64,000 nucleotides of DNA from the human T2T-CHM13v2.0 reference genome, Homo sapiens (GCF_009914755.1 NC_060925.1); one strand, 5' to 3'. Positions 33,213 through 54,865 are shown, counted from the first letter of the stretch. Notes: generated by a model from the sequence alone, not told the origin. Made by a program: numbers and translations.

Positions 33213-35463
33213 ACACTCAGCATTTAATAATTGTATGAAAGAAGGTGAACCCACAAAAGAAACAGGGAAGAGGTAGCAAAAGAGGTGGGAGTAAGATTAG
33301 AAGAGTTTGTATTGTGAAGAACAAAGCTAGAAATGTTTCTAGAAAGAAGGATGGTCAGTAGTGTCACAGTCACCAAGAGGCCAAATATAATGGTGACTGA
33401 AATATATCCATTAAGTTTATTGACAGGAAGGTCATTGATAACCTGAGAGAGAAACAAAGAGAGAGGTGTTTCTGAAGAGTTCTAAGGCTGAAAGCTGGAA
33501 TGAAGTGGGTTGACATATAAGTAGCAGGTGGGAAAATGGAGGCTGCCAGGATGGACAGTTCTTTCAACTTTTTTATTTTAACTTAGATTTTATCTTCAGG
33601 GCACATATGCAGGTTTGTGATGTAGGTAAACTCATGTCATGGGGGTTAGATGTACAGATTATTTCATCACCCAGGTACTAAGCCTAGTACCCAATAGCTA
33701 TTTTTTCTGCTCCTCGCCCTCCTCCTACCCTTCACCCTCAATTAGGCCTCAGTGTCTTCTTTCCCTTCTTTGTGTCCATGTGTTCTCATCATTTAGCTCC
33801 CACTTATAAGCAAGAATATGCAGTATTTGGTTTTCTGTTCCTGTGTTACTTAGTTGCAGAGGACATGATCTCATTCTTTTTAATGGCTGCATAGTATTCC
33901 ATGGTGTGTATGTCCCACATATTCTTTATTGAGTCTTCCATTGGTGGACAATTAGATGGAGTCTATGTCTTTGCTATTGTAAATAGTGCTGTATTGAACA
34001 TACACGTGCATATGTCTTTATGATAGAACAATTTATATCCCTTTGGGTATATACTCAGTAATAGGATTGCTGGATCAAATGGCAGTACTGTTTTTTAGCT
34101 CTTTAAGGAATTACCACACTGCTTTCCACCATGGTTGAACTAATTTGCACTCCCCCCAATAAGCATTCCCTTTTCTCTGCAAACTTACCAGCATCTGTTG
34201 TTTTTTAACTTTTTAATAGCAGCCATTCTGTCGATGTGAGATGATACATCATTGTGGTTTTGATTTGCATTTCTGTAATGATTAGTGATATTGATCTTTT
34301 TTTCCATATGCTTGTTGGCTGCATATATGTCTTCTTTTGAAAATTGTTCATGTCCTTTGCCCACTTTTTAATGGGATTGTTTGTTTTTTTCTTGTAAATC
34401 TGTTTAAGTTCTTTATAGATGCTGGATATTAGACCTTCTTCAGATGCATAGTTTGCAAATATTTTCTCCCATTTTGCAGGTCGTCTGTTTACTCTGTTGA
34501 CAGCTTATTTTGCTATGCAGAAACTCCTTAGTTTACTTAGATCCATTTGTCAGTTTTTGCTTCTGTCATATTGCATTTGGTGTCTTCATCATGAAATATT
34601 TGCCAGTTCCTATGTCCAGAATGATATTGCCTATGTTGTCTTCTAGAGTTTTTATAGTTTGGGGGTAAGTCTTAAAGACATGTAAGTCTTTAATCCATCT
34701 TGAGTTGCTTTTTTTATATGGTGTAAGGAGGCGGTCCAGTTTCAATCTTCTGCATGTGGCTAGCCAGTTTTCCCAGCAGCATTTATTGAATAGGGAGTCC
34801 TTTCCCCGTTGTTTGTTTTTGCCAATTTTGTCAAAGATCAGATAATTGTAGGTGTGCAGCCTTATTTCTGGGCTCTCTATTCTGTTCCATTGGTCTATGT
34901 GTCTGTTTTTGTACCAGTACCATGTTGTTTTGGTTACTATAGCCCTGTAGTATAGTTTGAAGTCACGTAGTGTGACTTCAACACCCCACTGACAGTATTA
35001 GACAGATCATCAAGGCAGAAAATTAACAAAGATATTCAGGACACACTGGACCAGATGGATAAGTTAGAAATCTACAGAACTCTACACCCAAAAACAACAG
35101 AATATATATTCTTCTTATCTGCACATGGCACATACTCTAAAATCAACCAGGTAATCAGACATAAAACAATCCTCAGCAAATGCAAAAGAACAGAAATCAC
35201 AAGAACCACTCTCTTGAACTACAGTGCAATAAAAATAGAATGTAAGACTAAGAAAATCACCCCAAATCATACAATCACATGCAAATTAAACAATTTGCTC
35301 CTGAATGACTTTTGAATAAATAATGAAATTAAGGAAGAAATCAAGAAATTCTTTGAAATTAATGAGAACAAAGATAAAACATACCAGAAACTCTGGGACA
35401 CGGCTAGGGCAGTGTTAAGAGGGAAATTTATAACTGTAAATGCCCACATAAAAAAGTTAGAAA

Positions 35464-35776
<313 letters not shown>

Positions 35777-36419
35777 TTAATAACCTAACCTAACATCACA
35801 ACTAAAAGAACTAGAGAAACAACAGCAAACCAACCCCAAAGCCAGCAGAAGACAAGAAATAACCAAATCAGAGCTGAACTGAAGGACACTGAGACACAAA
35901 AACCATTTAAAAGATCAAAGAATCAGGGGCTGGTTTAAAAAAAAAATTAATAAGATAGAAAGACCACTAGCTATACTAACAAAGAAGAAAAGAGAGAAGA
36001 TCCAAATAAACACAATCAGAAGTGACAAAGGGGATATTACCACTGACCCCACAGAAATATAAACAAGCATCAGAGATTACTGTGAACACCCCTATGCACA
36101 AAGACTAGAAAATCTAGAAGAAATGGATAAACTCCTGGATATATACACCTTCCCAAAACTGAACCAGGAAAAAATTGAATCCCTGAACAGACTAATAATG
36201 AGATCCAAAATTGAATCAGTGATAAATAGCACCTACCAACGAAAAAGAGCCCAGGACCAGATGAATTCACAGCCAAATTCTACCAGATGTACAAAGGAGA
36301 GCTGGTGCCATTCCTACTGAAACCATTCTAAAAAATTGAGGAGAAGGGACTCCTCCCCAGCTCATTCTATGAGGCCAGCAATATCCTGACACCAACACCT
36401 GGAAGAAACACTACAAAAA

Positions 36420-37094
<675 letters not shown>

Positions 37095-37712
37095 CTAATA
37101 TCCTTGATGAACATTGATGCAAAAATCCTCAACAAAATGCTAGCAAACAAAATCCAGCAGTAAATCAAAAGCTAATCCACCATGATCAAGTAGGCTTTAT
37201 CCCTGGGATGCAAGGTTGGTTCAACATATGCAAATCAATAAACATAGTTGCTCACATGAAGAACTAAAGACAAAAACCACATGTTTATCTCAACAGATGT
37301 GAAAAGGTTTTTGATAAAATTCAACATCCCTTCATGTTAAAAACTCTCAACAAACTAGCTACTGAAGGAACACACCTCAAAATAATAACAGCCATATGTG
37401 ACAAACCCACAGCCAACATCATACTGAATGGGCAAAAGCCAGAAGCATTCCCCTTGAAAACTAGCACAAGATAAGGATGCCCTCTCTCACTACTCCTCTT
37501 TAGCATAGTATTGTTGCTATGGAAGTTGTGGCCAGAATAATCATGCAAGAGAGAGAAATAGAGGGTATCCAAATAGGAAGAGAGGAAGTCAAACTATTCC
37601 TGGTTGTAGGTGACATGATTTTATATCTAGAAAACCCCATAGTCTCTGCCCAAAAGCCCTTTTAGCTGATAAACAACTATAGCAAAGTTTCAGGATACAA
37701 AATCAATGTGCT

Positions 37713-38033
<321 letters not shown>

Positions 38034-38388
38034 TCAATGTGCAAAAAACACTAGCATTCATATACACCAACAACAGCCAAGCCGAGAGCCAAATCAGAAA
38101 GGAAATCCCATTCACAATTGCCAGCAAAAGAATAAAATGCCTAGGAATACAGCTAACCAGGGAAATGAAAGAGCTCTACAATGAGAACTACAAAACACTG
38201 CTCAAAGAAATCAGAGGTGACACAAACAAACGAAAAAACATTCCATGCTCACAGATAGGAAGACTCCATATTGTTAAAATGGCCATACTGCCCAAAGCAA
38301 TTTATACATTCAATGCTATTCCTATCAAACGACCAATGATATTTTTTACAGAAGTAGAAAAAGTATTTTAAAATATATACGGAACCAA

Positions 38389-38655
38389 CTTTAGGAGGCC
38401 AAGGCAGGTGGATCACTTGAGGTCAAGAGTTTGAGACCAGCCTGGCCAATGTGGCAAAACCCTGTCTCTACTTAAAATACAAAAATTAGCCAGGCATGGT
38501 GATGCTTGCCTGCAGTCCCAACTACTCAGGAGGCTGATACAGGAGAATCCCTTGAATCAGGGAGGCGGAGATTGCAGTGCACTGAGATCTTGCCACTGCA
38601 CTCCAGCCTGGAGAACAGAGCAAGACTCAGTCTCAAAAAATTAAAGAAAAAAAAA
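38389..38655 (+). mobile_element. AluS, 5' truncated, in L1
   Basis: Alu consensus match. Confidence 0.88.
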
Positions 38656-38883
38656 ATCATATGAAACCAAAAAAGAGCCCGTATACCCAAGGCAATCCTA
38701 TGCAAAAAAGAACAAGCAGTAGGCATCACACTACCTTTCAATTCTTTAGAGTAATTTAGTTGTGAAAGAAAGATGACCAACAGTCAGGGGCTCACAGGGA
38801 AATGAAGGATCTAATGAGAGTTTGTTTGCTTTTAATTGGATATACTTAAGCATGATTACAAATTGATGAGAAGAATATAACTG

Positions 38884-39190
38884 AGCCAGGCGCAAGCGGC
38901 TCATGCCTAGTATCCCAGCACTTTGGGGGGCCAACACAGGAGGATCACTTGAGCCCAGGAATTCAAGACTAGCCTGGACAACAAAGTGAGACCCAGTCTC
39001 TACAAAATAAAAACACAAAGCCAGGCATGGTGGCAGACACCTGTAGTCTCAGCTACTCAGGAGGCTGAGATGGGAGAATTGCCTGAGCCCAGGAGGTTGA
39101 GGCTACAGTGAACCAAGGTTGCACCACTGCACTTCAGCCTTAGCAATAGAGCAAGACCCTGTCGCTAAAAACAATAAGAAATAAATAAAA
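38884..39190 (+). mobile_element. AluJ
   Basis: Alu consensus match. Confidence 0.88.
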
Positions 39191-39750
39191 TTTAAATTTA
39201 AAAAAATGTAATAGAGAGAAAGGATGAATATGCTTGAGAAAATAGAAATAATCAACAGTGTGAGGTTCCTGGAAGAGGGGAAGCAAGGTGATCCAGAGCA
39301 CAGGTTGGCAAGGCCTTCAACATGAGGGGGACAACCAACAGGTGCCGATAAAGAGAGTATAGGATATCTGGTATCAAGAAAAAGTGGCTATTCTCAGACA
39401 ATAGCTTCTATTTGTTCTATACAGTAGGAGGTATAAGGCTGATGTGGGATTAAGCACCAAGGTGGACAAGAAGCAAAAGGGGGAAATAAAGTTGAAGGAA
39501 GAAGATAAAGTGCCACAAATACCTCCACGGGTTAATTTCTTACATACAGTATTTATTCACACATTGACTTTTTCAGTATTTTTTCACACATAGCTTTTTT
39601 ATAGTATTTATTTTTTACAGTATTTATTCACACATAGCTTTGGCATACCCGTCAAAGCTATAATGGAAGAAACACACACATTTGGGGACACTTAAAAGTA
39701 GTTTGTTTTTTACTCTTGGAAATATGTTAAGTAAATTGCAAGTAAAATAA

Positions 39751-40051
<301 letters not shown>

Positions 40052-40485
40052 TAAAATAATATTCTTAACCCTCCGGCTTCAGACAATTTTCACAGGTGTG
40101 GGTAAATGTAAGTTTTAAATGACATAACTGAAAATGAGTTTCAAAACCAAAAATGAGTTTTGAAACCAACAACTAAAGTCTGTATTGTCTATTGGTTAAT
40201 ATCCTCATCACCTGACAAGTATTCATCTTTATAAGTTATATAAACTGCAGGTACTGGCAACCACTCCAAACATTCAAATTTAATCAGTATAAGGTTAAAT
40301 GGATTGTTAAAATAAATAAATAAATAATGGCTTTCTCTTTGGGGCTTCACTATAAAAGCCTTATTCCATCACAAATTTTTTAAAGGTATCATAAACAACA
40401 ATACTCTAACATAAATCAGAGTGTATACCTTTCAAAGCAATATCACTGATGTCTATTATATTCCTATGATTGATTATCTGCTTAC

Positions 40486-40621
40486 CCTAAACTCATCTAA
40501 ATGCCAATCCAGGGTGTACACTGAAAGCATGTTTGGTTTTAAAAATAGGGGGAAAATATTTGTAAGCAAATGCATTAGTGGTTTAGAATTTTTACTTACT
40601 CATCTTAAAGATGTTCAAGAT
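40486..40621 (-). pseudogene. Two small fossil exons (40600-40621, 40486-40520) around a 79-nt intron
   Basis: ctaac branch-like motif and ttttatttcag| acceptor; donors A|gtaagt and AGG|gtaagc; spliced product is open: ILNIFKMMYTLDWHLDEFR. Confidence 0.45.
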
Positions 40622-41052
40622 CTGAAATAAAAGTAATTGTTAGGTAGTAAGTAACACAGAAGCCAAATTAACATGGCAAGATGTCTGTATCATTCTTGAA
40701 AAAGGTTCCTGGCATAAAATTCTGAAGGCAGCTTTGTTAAAGTAACATTCAGTAAAGGCCAAAAAATGGTCTATTGAAAGTTCCAAGCTCATATTTATCT
40801 TTCTGTATATCAATTTTTCACCAAATTAGTCATTTCATCATTATTTTTTAAAAAGCTGTCAGTGATTATGTGGTATTTCTAAATGTCTGACTTTTGCTAT
40901 TTTCTATTAAGATTCCTTAGTTTATCTTCTTACACCTGATGTCTTTTCATATGCAATTACCTTTGACAAACACCTCATTTGTCAAAACCCAGTTAGAAAA
41001 TGCCACCTCTTCTGTGAAGCCTTCTCTTACTCTAATTAGACAAGCGGACTTT

Positions 41053-42420
<1,368 letters not shown>

Positions 42421-43008
42421 TCCCACTTAATTAAATTAAGTTCAATTAAAATTAAACCCACCCTTCTCCTCAATGCCATTATATAGGTATTTACCTATCT
42501 CTGCCTCTGGAACTTTTTGTATCCCTTGCACTAAGCATAGTTCATGAAATTGTAATGTCAATAAATATAGGATTTTTAAAGTCACTAGAATGTAGGCAGG
42601 CACTAAAATAACATGACATCTCAAGCAGCTCCTTAATGCCCCTTTCTCCATCCATGTTACCCACCCATGTTCTCCTCAGACAATACCCAAAATACAAGTC
42701 TTTTGGGTTACTCACCCTGTTTTAGACTCATCCTCAAGCAATGCTATGCTTACAAACTTGCACTCTCACAGTCCCACCCATGTTTCTCTCTCTCCTCTCT
42801 CTCTCTCCAGAATTTATAACTCTACGTCAGGAGGGGAGGGGAAGTCGGTATTCTTTTAGCTGGTTTACTGATTAAGCTCTGTCCCAATTTAATCTTCTGG
42901 TTTTTCTGCTGTTTCCTGACTTCTCCTTCTAAGAATTATTTGGCTCTTCTGCCGAACCCTTCAAGGCTGATTTCCCAGAGTTCCCTCATGGGCTCTTTTA
43001 TAATTTTA

Positions 43009-43148
43009 AAATTAATATTTATTATTATCTATTTTAAGAGCACAGAAAAGTATAAAGTGTAATATGAAAAACACCAAAAAGGCTTTTTATCATATTACAC
43101 TTTATACTTTTCTGTGCTCTTAAAATAGGTAATAATAAACATTAATTT
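43009..43148. repeat. 59-bp inverted repeat (57/59 identical), 22-nt spacer
   Basis: 43009-43067 is the reverse complement of 43090-43148. Confidence 0.95.
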
Positions 43149-43638
43149 ACTGCTATAAAGACACATACACACGTATGTTTATTGCGGCACTACTCACAAT
43201 AGCAAAGACTTGGAACCAACCCAAATGTCCATCAATGATAGACTGGGTTAAGAAAATGTGGCACATATACACCATGGAATACTATGCAGCCATAAAAAAT
43301 GATGAGTTCATGTCCTTTGTAGAGACATGGATGAAGCCGGAAACCATCATTCTCAGCAAACTATCGCAAGGACAAAAAACCAAACACTGCATGTTCTCAT
43401 TCGTAAGTGGGAATTGAACAATGAGAACACTTGGGCACAGGAAGGGGAACATCACACACCAGGGCCTATTGTGGGGTGGGGGGAGGAGGGAGGGATAGTA
43501 TTAGGAGATACACCTAATGTAAATGACAAGTTAATGGGTGCAGCACACCAACATGGCACATGTATACATATGTAACAAACCTGGACGTTGTGCACATGTA
43601 CCCTAGAACTTAAAGTATAATAAAAAATATATATATAT
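43149..43638 (+). mobile_element. L1PA3-5-like 3' fragment
   Basis: ORF2 C-terminus (MFIAALLTIAKTWNQPKCPS...), 3'UTR G-rich tract and A tail; TSD aaaaa(c/t)accaaaaaggc. Confidence 0.93.
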
Positions 43639-43964
43639 AAAAATACCAAAAAGGCATCACACAGATTTTTGTCAGATTATTTTAAATAAATGAATGACAA
43701 ATGTAATATTATTTCCTTGAATGTTCCTCAGCAATATCATTCCCATCCCTCCCTTTCCAGCAATACCCACCATCTTGATTTTGTTATTCATCATTCTCAT
43801 GACTATTTTTACAACGCATGCAATTTTTTAAACTATTTATATATATATATATAAAACAATTTTTTAGGTTTTTAAAACTTTATGGTATAAGCAGTACATA
43901 CCTTTCTATAATTTGTTCTTCTGGGTTAAATTTGCAATTTTTTAGAGATCTAAAACAATTTCTT

Positions 43965-44585
<621 letters not shown>

Positions 44586-44719
44586 GTCTAAAACAATTTC
44601 TTTGTCTTTTCTCCTATTGATAAACATTTAGGCTGTCCCCAACTTTTTACAACTGCAAATAAGGCTGCAGTGATCATTCTTTGGCATCTCTACTTGTGCA
44701 CCTGAATAAAACTTTCTCT

Positions 44720-45045
44720 TCAAACTGTTTGGACTCAGGATACCTTAACACTCTTAGAGACCCAAAAGAACTTTTGTTTATGAGGATTATAACTGTAAAT
44801 ATTTATCATATTAGAAATTAAAACAGAAATTTTTATAAAACAAGAATTTACAGCACACAACGCATTAACTGTCCCAGAAATGATGTCATCATCCATCTGA
44901 TAATCTCTGGAAAACTTTACTTATGAAGGAATAAGAGTGTGAAAAGAACTGCATAGTATCATTATGGAAAGTTTTGACCTTACTGACTACAAAAAGAGTC
45001 TCAAGGGTCACCAACAGTTCTAGATTACATTTTTAGAGCTGCTTC
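44720..45045. mobile_element. hAT-Charlie-derived element
   Basis: gacccaaaagaacttttgtttatg..atatttatcatattagaaattaaaac motif. Confidence 0.6.
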
Positions 45046-45056
45046 TCCAAGGTATA

Positions 45057-45452
45057 TGATCTGATCTGAATGTGTACCCCAAAATTTGTATGTTGAAGGT
45101 TAATCGCCAGTGTGATAGTATTCAGAGGTGTGATAGTATTGAGAGGTGGGGCACTTTGGAGGTAATTAGGTCACGAAGGTGGATCCTCATGGATGGGATT
45201 AGTGCCCTTACAAAAGGACTCAAGACAGTGGGTTCACCCCCCTGCTTTCACTTTCACTTCTTCTGCCACGTGACGACACAGCAACAAGACGCCTTCTTGG
45301 AAGCAGAGAGATGGGACCGTCAGCAGGCACCAAACCTGCTGGCACCTTGATCTTAGGCTTCCTGGCCTCCAAAACTGTAAGAAACAAATTTCTATTGCTT
45401 ATAAATTACCCAGGTCTATGATATTTTGTTACAGCAGCACAAACGGACTAAG
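45057..45452 (+). mobile_element. MaLR LTR (MLT1A/MST-like)
   Basis: tgaatgtgtaccccaaaatt...gatgggattagtgccctta...cagcacaaacggactaag; internal 18-bp tandem duplication. Confidence 0.85.
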
Positions 45453-45626
45453 TTTATAACAGGTTATGGATCTCTGAGTTAACATGAACTGCGAAATTGC
45501 TCTTTAAGGTGTTTGCCCCAACATCTGGCAGTTCTGGTTTGTATTTTTGCCTAACTGGCGGATATAAATGACATGTTATTTTAACTTGCATTTCTCTGAT
45601 TTTCAAGTAGGTTCTATGTGCACGTA

Positions 45627-45672
45627 TGTGTGTGTGTGTGTAAAATGTGTGTGTGTGTGTGTGTGTGTGTGT
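45627..45672. repeat. (TG)n microsatellite
   Basis: Direct reading. Confidence 0.9.
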
Positions 45673-45950
45673 ATCCCTCAATGTATATCCCTCAGTGCAA
45701 GGGATACAAAAAGTCCCAGAGGCAGAGATAGCTAATAACTATACAATGGCATATATATATATAAAAACATATATATCCTTACCACCACTGTTACCACAAG
45801 CAAAAGCAGGTTACATTTACTTTTTAATATTCATATTTGACCTAACAAAATATAACATTAATCAATAGTTTTATTCTTTTCCTGAATAACATAAATATCT
45901 AAAAAATAATTACCATCCCTTCTGGTTTACAAGTGGTGTTTTTCTATAAA

Positions 45951-46351
<401 letters not shown>

Positions 46352-46859
46352 TAAACTGTTTCTGTCAGTTTCTTAAAAGTATCTTCCAGGCCAGGCACAG
46401 TGGCTCATGCCTGTAATCTTGACACTTTGGGAGGCGGAAGCTTTTTTTTAAGTATTTCCAGTTCACTTCTTTTCTCTTCCGCCGTGGCTAATCTGTTGTT
46501 TAACTCATTCACCGGATTTTTCTATTCCATTGATTATATTTTTCATTTCTAGAAGTTACTTTTTTGTTTTAATTTATGTGTTCTTTTCTCACGGCATCTT
46601 TTTTATATATTTTAAATAATTTATTAATTTAATTACTTAAAAAATATTATTTATGGTTTGTACCTGATTATCTTATTGTTTAAAGTTCTGGGACTATAAG
46701 CCTTCTTGTTTATGTCCAGTGAATGTTCATTTTGGTTGATTTTTTGGAAGAGAGATTCCCATGTAGCCTAGGTTGGCATGGGACCTCCCAGAAACATTGT
46801 ACATTTGCTTATATTAGGTTTCCCAGAGGTATTTCCAACCCAGAATCAACTTTTACATT

Positions 46860-47885
<1,026 letters not shown>

Positions 47886-48329
47886 TTAAAAACTTTGAAC
47901 CCCAAACCCACACTAATATAAGTTTTGATTTTAAAATTTCCAAATGGGATTTTATTTTTCTATCTCAAAGCCAAAATAAAACAGATAGTTTACTTGTCTT
48001 CTTTCTGTGCCAAAAAAAAAAAAAGGCATTTTTTCCCCTAATCCACCATTTGAAATACCTGTACCTTAAAGGATCCCAGCTGGGTTTGAATTTTACAGTT
48101 CTAACTCAACAAGGCTGAAGACTGTATCTCCTGACCCTATATGTGCATTACAATGCAATCCTCTAGGTTCTTGAGAACTCTACTTCACATAAGCCAGCAA
48201 ACACCACCTTAGCTCACTCATTTACTGCTAAGGTTTTCCATTCCCTCTTCATTTCTGGTCCCTGAAAATACCCTTTATCTTCTGAGTGCAGCTCTGCTTT
48301 AATATGATCTGCTGCATTATTTTTAACAC

Positions 48330-48630
<301 letters not shown>

Positions 48631-49257
48631 TATTATTTTTAATACTTTTATGTGTGTGTACAGGGTGGGTTTTCAAGTTTTCTTATCTGCCACATCGTCA
48701 GAACCAGAACTGCCCTCATTTTGTCTTATTCTATAAACTGTTGGTAGGTGACATTTATTCCCATGACTTCCTCTGCTATCTGAAGGCTGATGAACTCCCA
48801 AAACCATATCTCTAGCATGCACATCTCATTTCAGTTCCAGAAATATACTTCTAATTGACAATGGACATGCTGCCTGGGTATCTCAGACAATTTCAAATTT
48901 TATATGTTCCAATTTAAACTCTCACAAAACTGGATTTTTTTTTTCCAGAAAATAGCATCATCATCCCATCAGTTTCCCATGCCATAAATTGGGGAATTTT
49001 CTTTAACTTTGCAACTCCCTTATCCCTTTCAATGCTATTGATTGTATTCCTTTACATCCCTCAAGTAAGTCCCCTCCTCTCTATTCCCGCTGCCTTAATT
49101 CATACTTCCATTGTCTCTCCAGTGCTGTTCTCTACAGTTAACAACACACCTTCTTACTTTTACCAGAAAAGGACAAATCTGAATATTACTCTTCTCTTTA
49201 AAATTCAAAATAATTCTTCCACTGCATATATGATGATGTCCATACTCCCTAATTTGA

Positions 49258-49609
<352 letters not shown>

Positions 49610-49939
49610 ATTTCTTCCTTTTTCAGTTTCAACTCCTATTAGCTCCCTCTCAAGCTCTAGCCTTATTGAGCATCTTACTTCCCTAAATGCAACGTGATCT
49701 CTCTTTGACATCACCAAATCTTTGAACAAGGATCTGCCTAGAATACTACCCATGCTATGCACCCCATGGCCTAGAGATTTCCTGGCATCCTTCAAATGTC
49801 AGTTTAAAAGGCAGTTTTCTCTGACGTCTTTCCTAACCTTCCAAAACCCTGTCCCAGGCAGCATGAGTGCCCCTCTCAACTTCCAGGGGACATATGCCAA
49901 ATGCCACTTATCATTTTTAAAACATGCCACTTGTTTTTA

Positions 49940-50265
<326 letters not shown>

Positions 50266-50904
50266 AAACTATTTAGAGCTCTGTCTCCTCAACTAGACTG
50301 TGAACTCCTTGAGGGAAGGGGATCTATGTATTATTTGTCTTTACACTCCTAATGCCTTGCAAACTCCCTGGCTCATGGTAAATATTCTGCTGATTCATTC
50401 AATAAAACTTGTCATACTCACAATTTAAGAAAGACTGCATGATCTCTTGGGTCTCCTCCAAATCTAAGACCTATAAGCTTGTATCTTTAGTCAAGGGTCA
50501 AAATAATCTCACTTAGAACTATACGGTTAAAATATGCTTATTCTTTTTCTATTTATAAGCCTTATATTATAGGTACTTTGTAATGTAAATGTCACTCTAT
50601 GACGTCCCATGCCTGTGCCATTTCCAGCTTCAGTCTATTTTTTAGAAAGCATAGGGATAAGTGTACATTATCCTCTCTTAGAGCAAATGGCACTTCAGCT
50701 CGACCAAGTTTAATGTTCATATAAAAATCAGAAATGCCACAAATTGAGGCATATAGAAACATCTCTCATCTCTCCTTCAGGCTCTGTCTGCCATCTGCAT
50801 CCTACATCCCCACTGCCAACCTGCATCTGACCACTTTCAATCTAGAAACCTCATTCTCTGTGGAATACTTGAATCAGAACTAATTACAGCAATAACTAAA
50901 ATGG

Positions 50905-51058
50905 TCCTATGAATGCGTGCACTGCACAACAAGAATACTTTTACTGGATTACTTAGCCGTGGCATGCTAGTTCTGTTAATGCGCTCTGCCTGGCTTCACT
51001 GCAGACATACTTCAGAAAATGTAAGCCTGCAGTTAAAGTAATAGAGGGCCAAAGAAAC
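50905..51058 (-). pseudogene. Fossil exon
   Basis: Strong acceptor tttctttatttctccag|; VSLALYYFNCRLTFSEVCLQ*SQAERINRTSMPRLSNPVKSILVVQCTHS; donor unresolved. Confidence 0.4.
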
Positions 51059-51393
51059 CTGGAGAAATAAAGAAATAATCAAATTCATCTCCTTGGGAAT
51101 ATGTTTTAAAAACAATCCACTAATGGGAATAAGGGATTTAAGAGGTTCATTTCAGAACAGATGGTAAAACAGAGGCTGGGTCAGTTTTGTAGTTGTTTTT
51201 CACTAGTTGGTTTTCTGCTGCATCAGTTTTACTTCAGGTTAGAAAAGGAACTTGAAACAAAACTCAGGGCTTATGATGCTCAAGCTCCCTTAACTGGCAC
51301 CTCAAGGAAAAGGAATGGACCAAACCATTCCCCCGTTTTCCCTCACTTAGCTATGAACTCATGGCTCTTGCTCTCTGAGTAGAAAATAAAATA

Positions 51394-51725
<332 letters not shown>

Positions 51726-51869
51726 TCAGTATGGTGTTGCCAAAGCATAAAAGTTATTATCAACCTGATTGTTGGCTAAGTTACATTTGTGTGTGTCTGT
51801 GTGTGTGTGTGTGTGTAGACACTCTGTTGTTCAGGCTGGAGTGCAGTGGCACATTCATAGCTGCAGTCC

Positions 51870-53160
<1,291 letters not shown>

Positions 53161-53248
53161 GACATAAATCCTTTTAAGTTACAGAAGTCCTAATTGACCA
53201 ACTGGTATCCTAAAGTCTTGAAAGAGTTCAAAACACATGCATGCACAC

Positions 53249-53364
53249 CCAAAAGAATCACACCAGAGGAACCAAGTAAATGCACTGGAATCCCTCATCT
53301 TCTAAGCACCTGACTGAAGTGGAGCTTTGGGTCCTCCAGCCATTGTGCAGTTATTTAAACATAA
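53249..53364 (-). pseudogene. Fossil exon
   Basis: Acceptor ttttaaattacag|; YV*ITAQWLEDPKLHFSQVLRR*GIPVHLLGSSGVILL; weak donor gtgtgc. Confidence 0.4.
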
Positions 53365-53396
53365 CTGTAATTTAAAAATAAAAAAATAAAAAAACT

Positions 53397-53705
53397 GGCC
53401 AGGCAAAGCGAAGTGGCTCATGCCTGTAATCCCAGCACTTTGGGAGGGCGAGGAGGGCGGATCGCTTGAGGTAAGGAGTTCTAGACCAGCCTGGCCAACA
53501 TGGCAAAACCCCATCTCTACTAAAAATACAAAAATTAGCCAGGCATGGTGGTGCACACCTGTAATCCCAGCTACTCGGGAGGCTGAGGCAGAATTGTTTG
53601 AACCCAGGAGGTGGTGGCTACAGTGAACCGAGATCAAGATTGTGCCACTGCACTCCAGCCTGGGAGACAGAGGGAAACTGGTCTCAAAAAACAAACAAAC
53701 AAGCA
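53397..53705 (+). mobile_element. AluS
   Basis: Alu consensus match. Confidence 0.9.
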
Positions 53706-53854
53706 AAAACTAAGTTACAAAGAATCATATACATTAGTAAACTTAAATTATCTTAACACTTAGTAGTACAAGGTAACAGGTAGTATACGAGCAAGATGAT
53801 GGATGTACTGTTTGTTTCTTTCTTTATGAATACCGCAGAAGAAACTTCACTTAA

Positions 53855-54355
<501 letters not shown>

Positions 54356-54507
54356 TTACCAATGTAACAAACACCTAAAGCAATTGTCCAGCCCCTACCC
54401 ACGTTTTCCTCTGACTCACTATTTCACCTTCAGTAAACCCTCAGTGACTCCGGTCTATGAAACATTGCCAATACTTCTAAGATCTTCAAATACAAAATTC
54501 TATTATA

Positions 54508-54790
54508 CAATCATCCCTGGGTATCCATGGGGGACTGGTGAAAACCACAATAGCAAAATCCTCTGATGCTCAAGTCTCTTACATGAAATGGTACAGTATT
54601 TGCATATAACCTATATACATTCTCGGGTGCACTTTCAATCATCTCTAGGTTACTTATAATACCAAATGTGATGTAAATGCTATGTAAATAGTTGTTACGC
54701 TACATTGTTTTTATTTGTATTTTTTATTGTATTGCAATTTTTATTTCTTTTTTTAATATTTTCAATCCTCAGATACAAAGGGTCAACTGT
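54508..54790. mobile_element. MER2 (Tigger) DNA transposon
   Basis: caatcatccctgggtatccatggggga ... gatacaaagggtcaactg TIRs with TA flanks. Confidence 0.85.
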
Positions 54791-54865
54791 ATATCAAACT
54801 ATCATCAATACTAAGCATGCAGAATGTTATAAAAGTATGTCAACTATGACATATGATGTCAGCAC

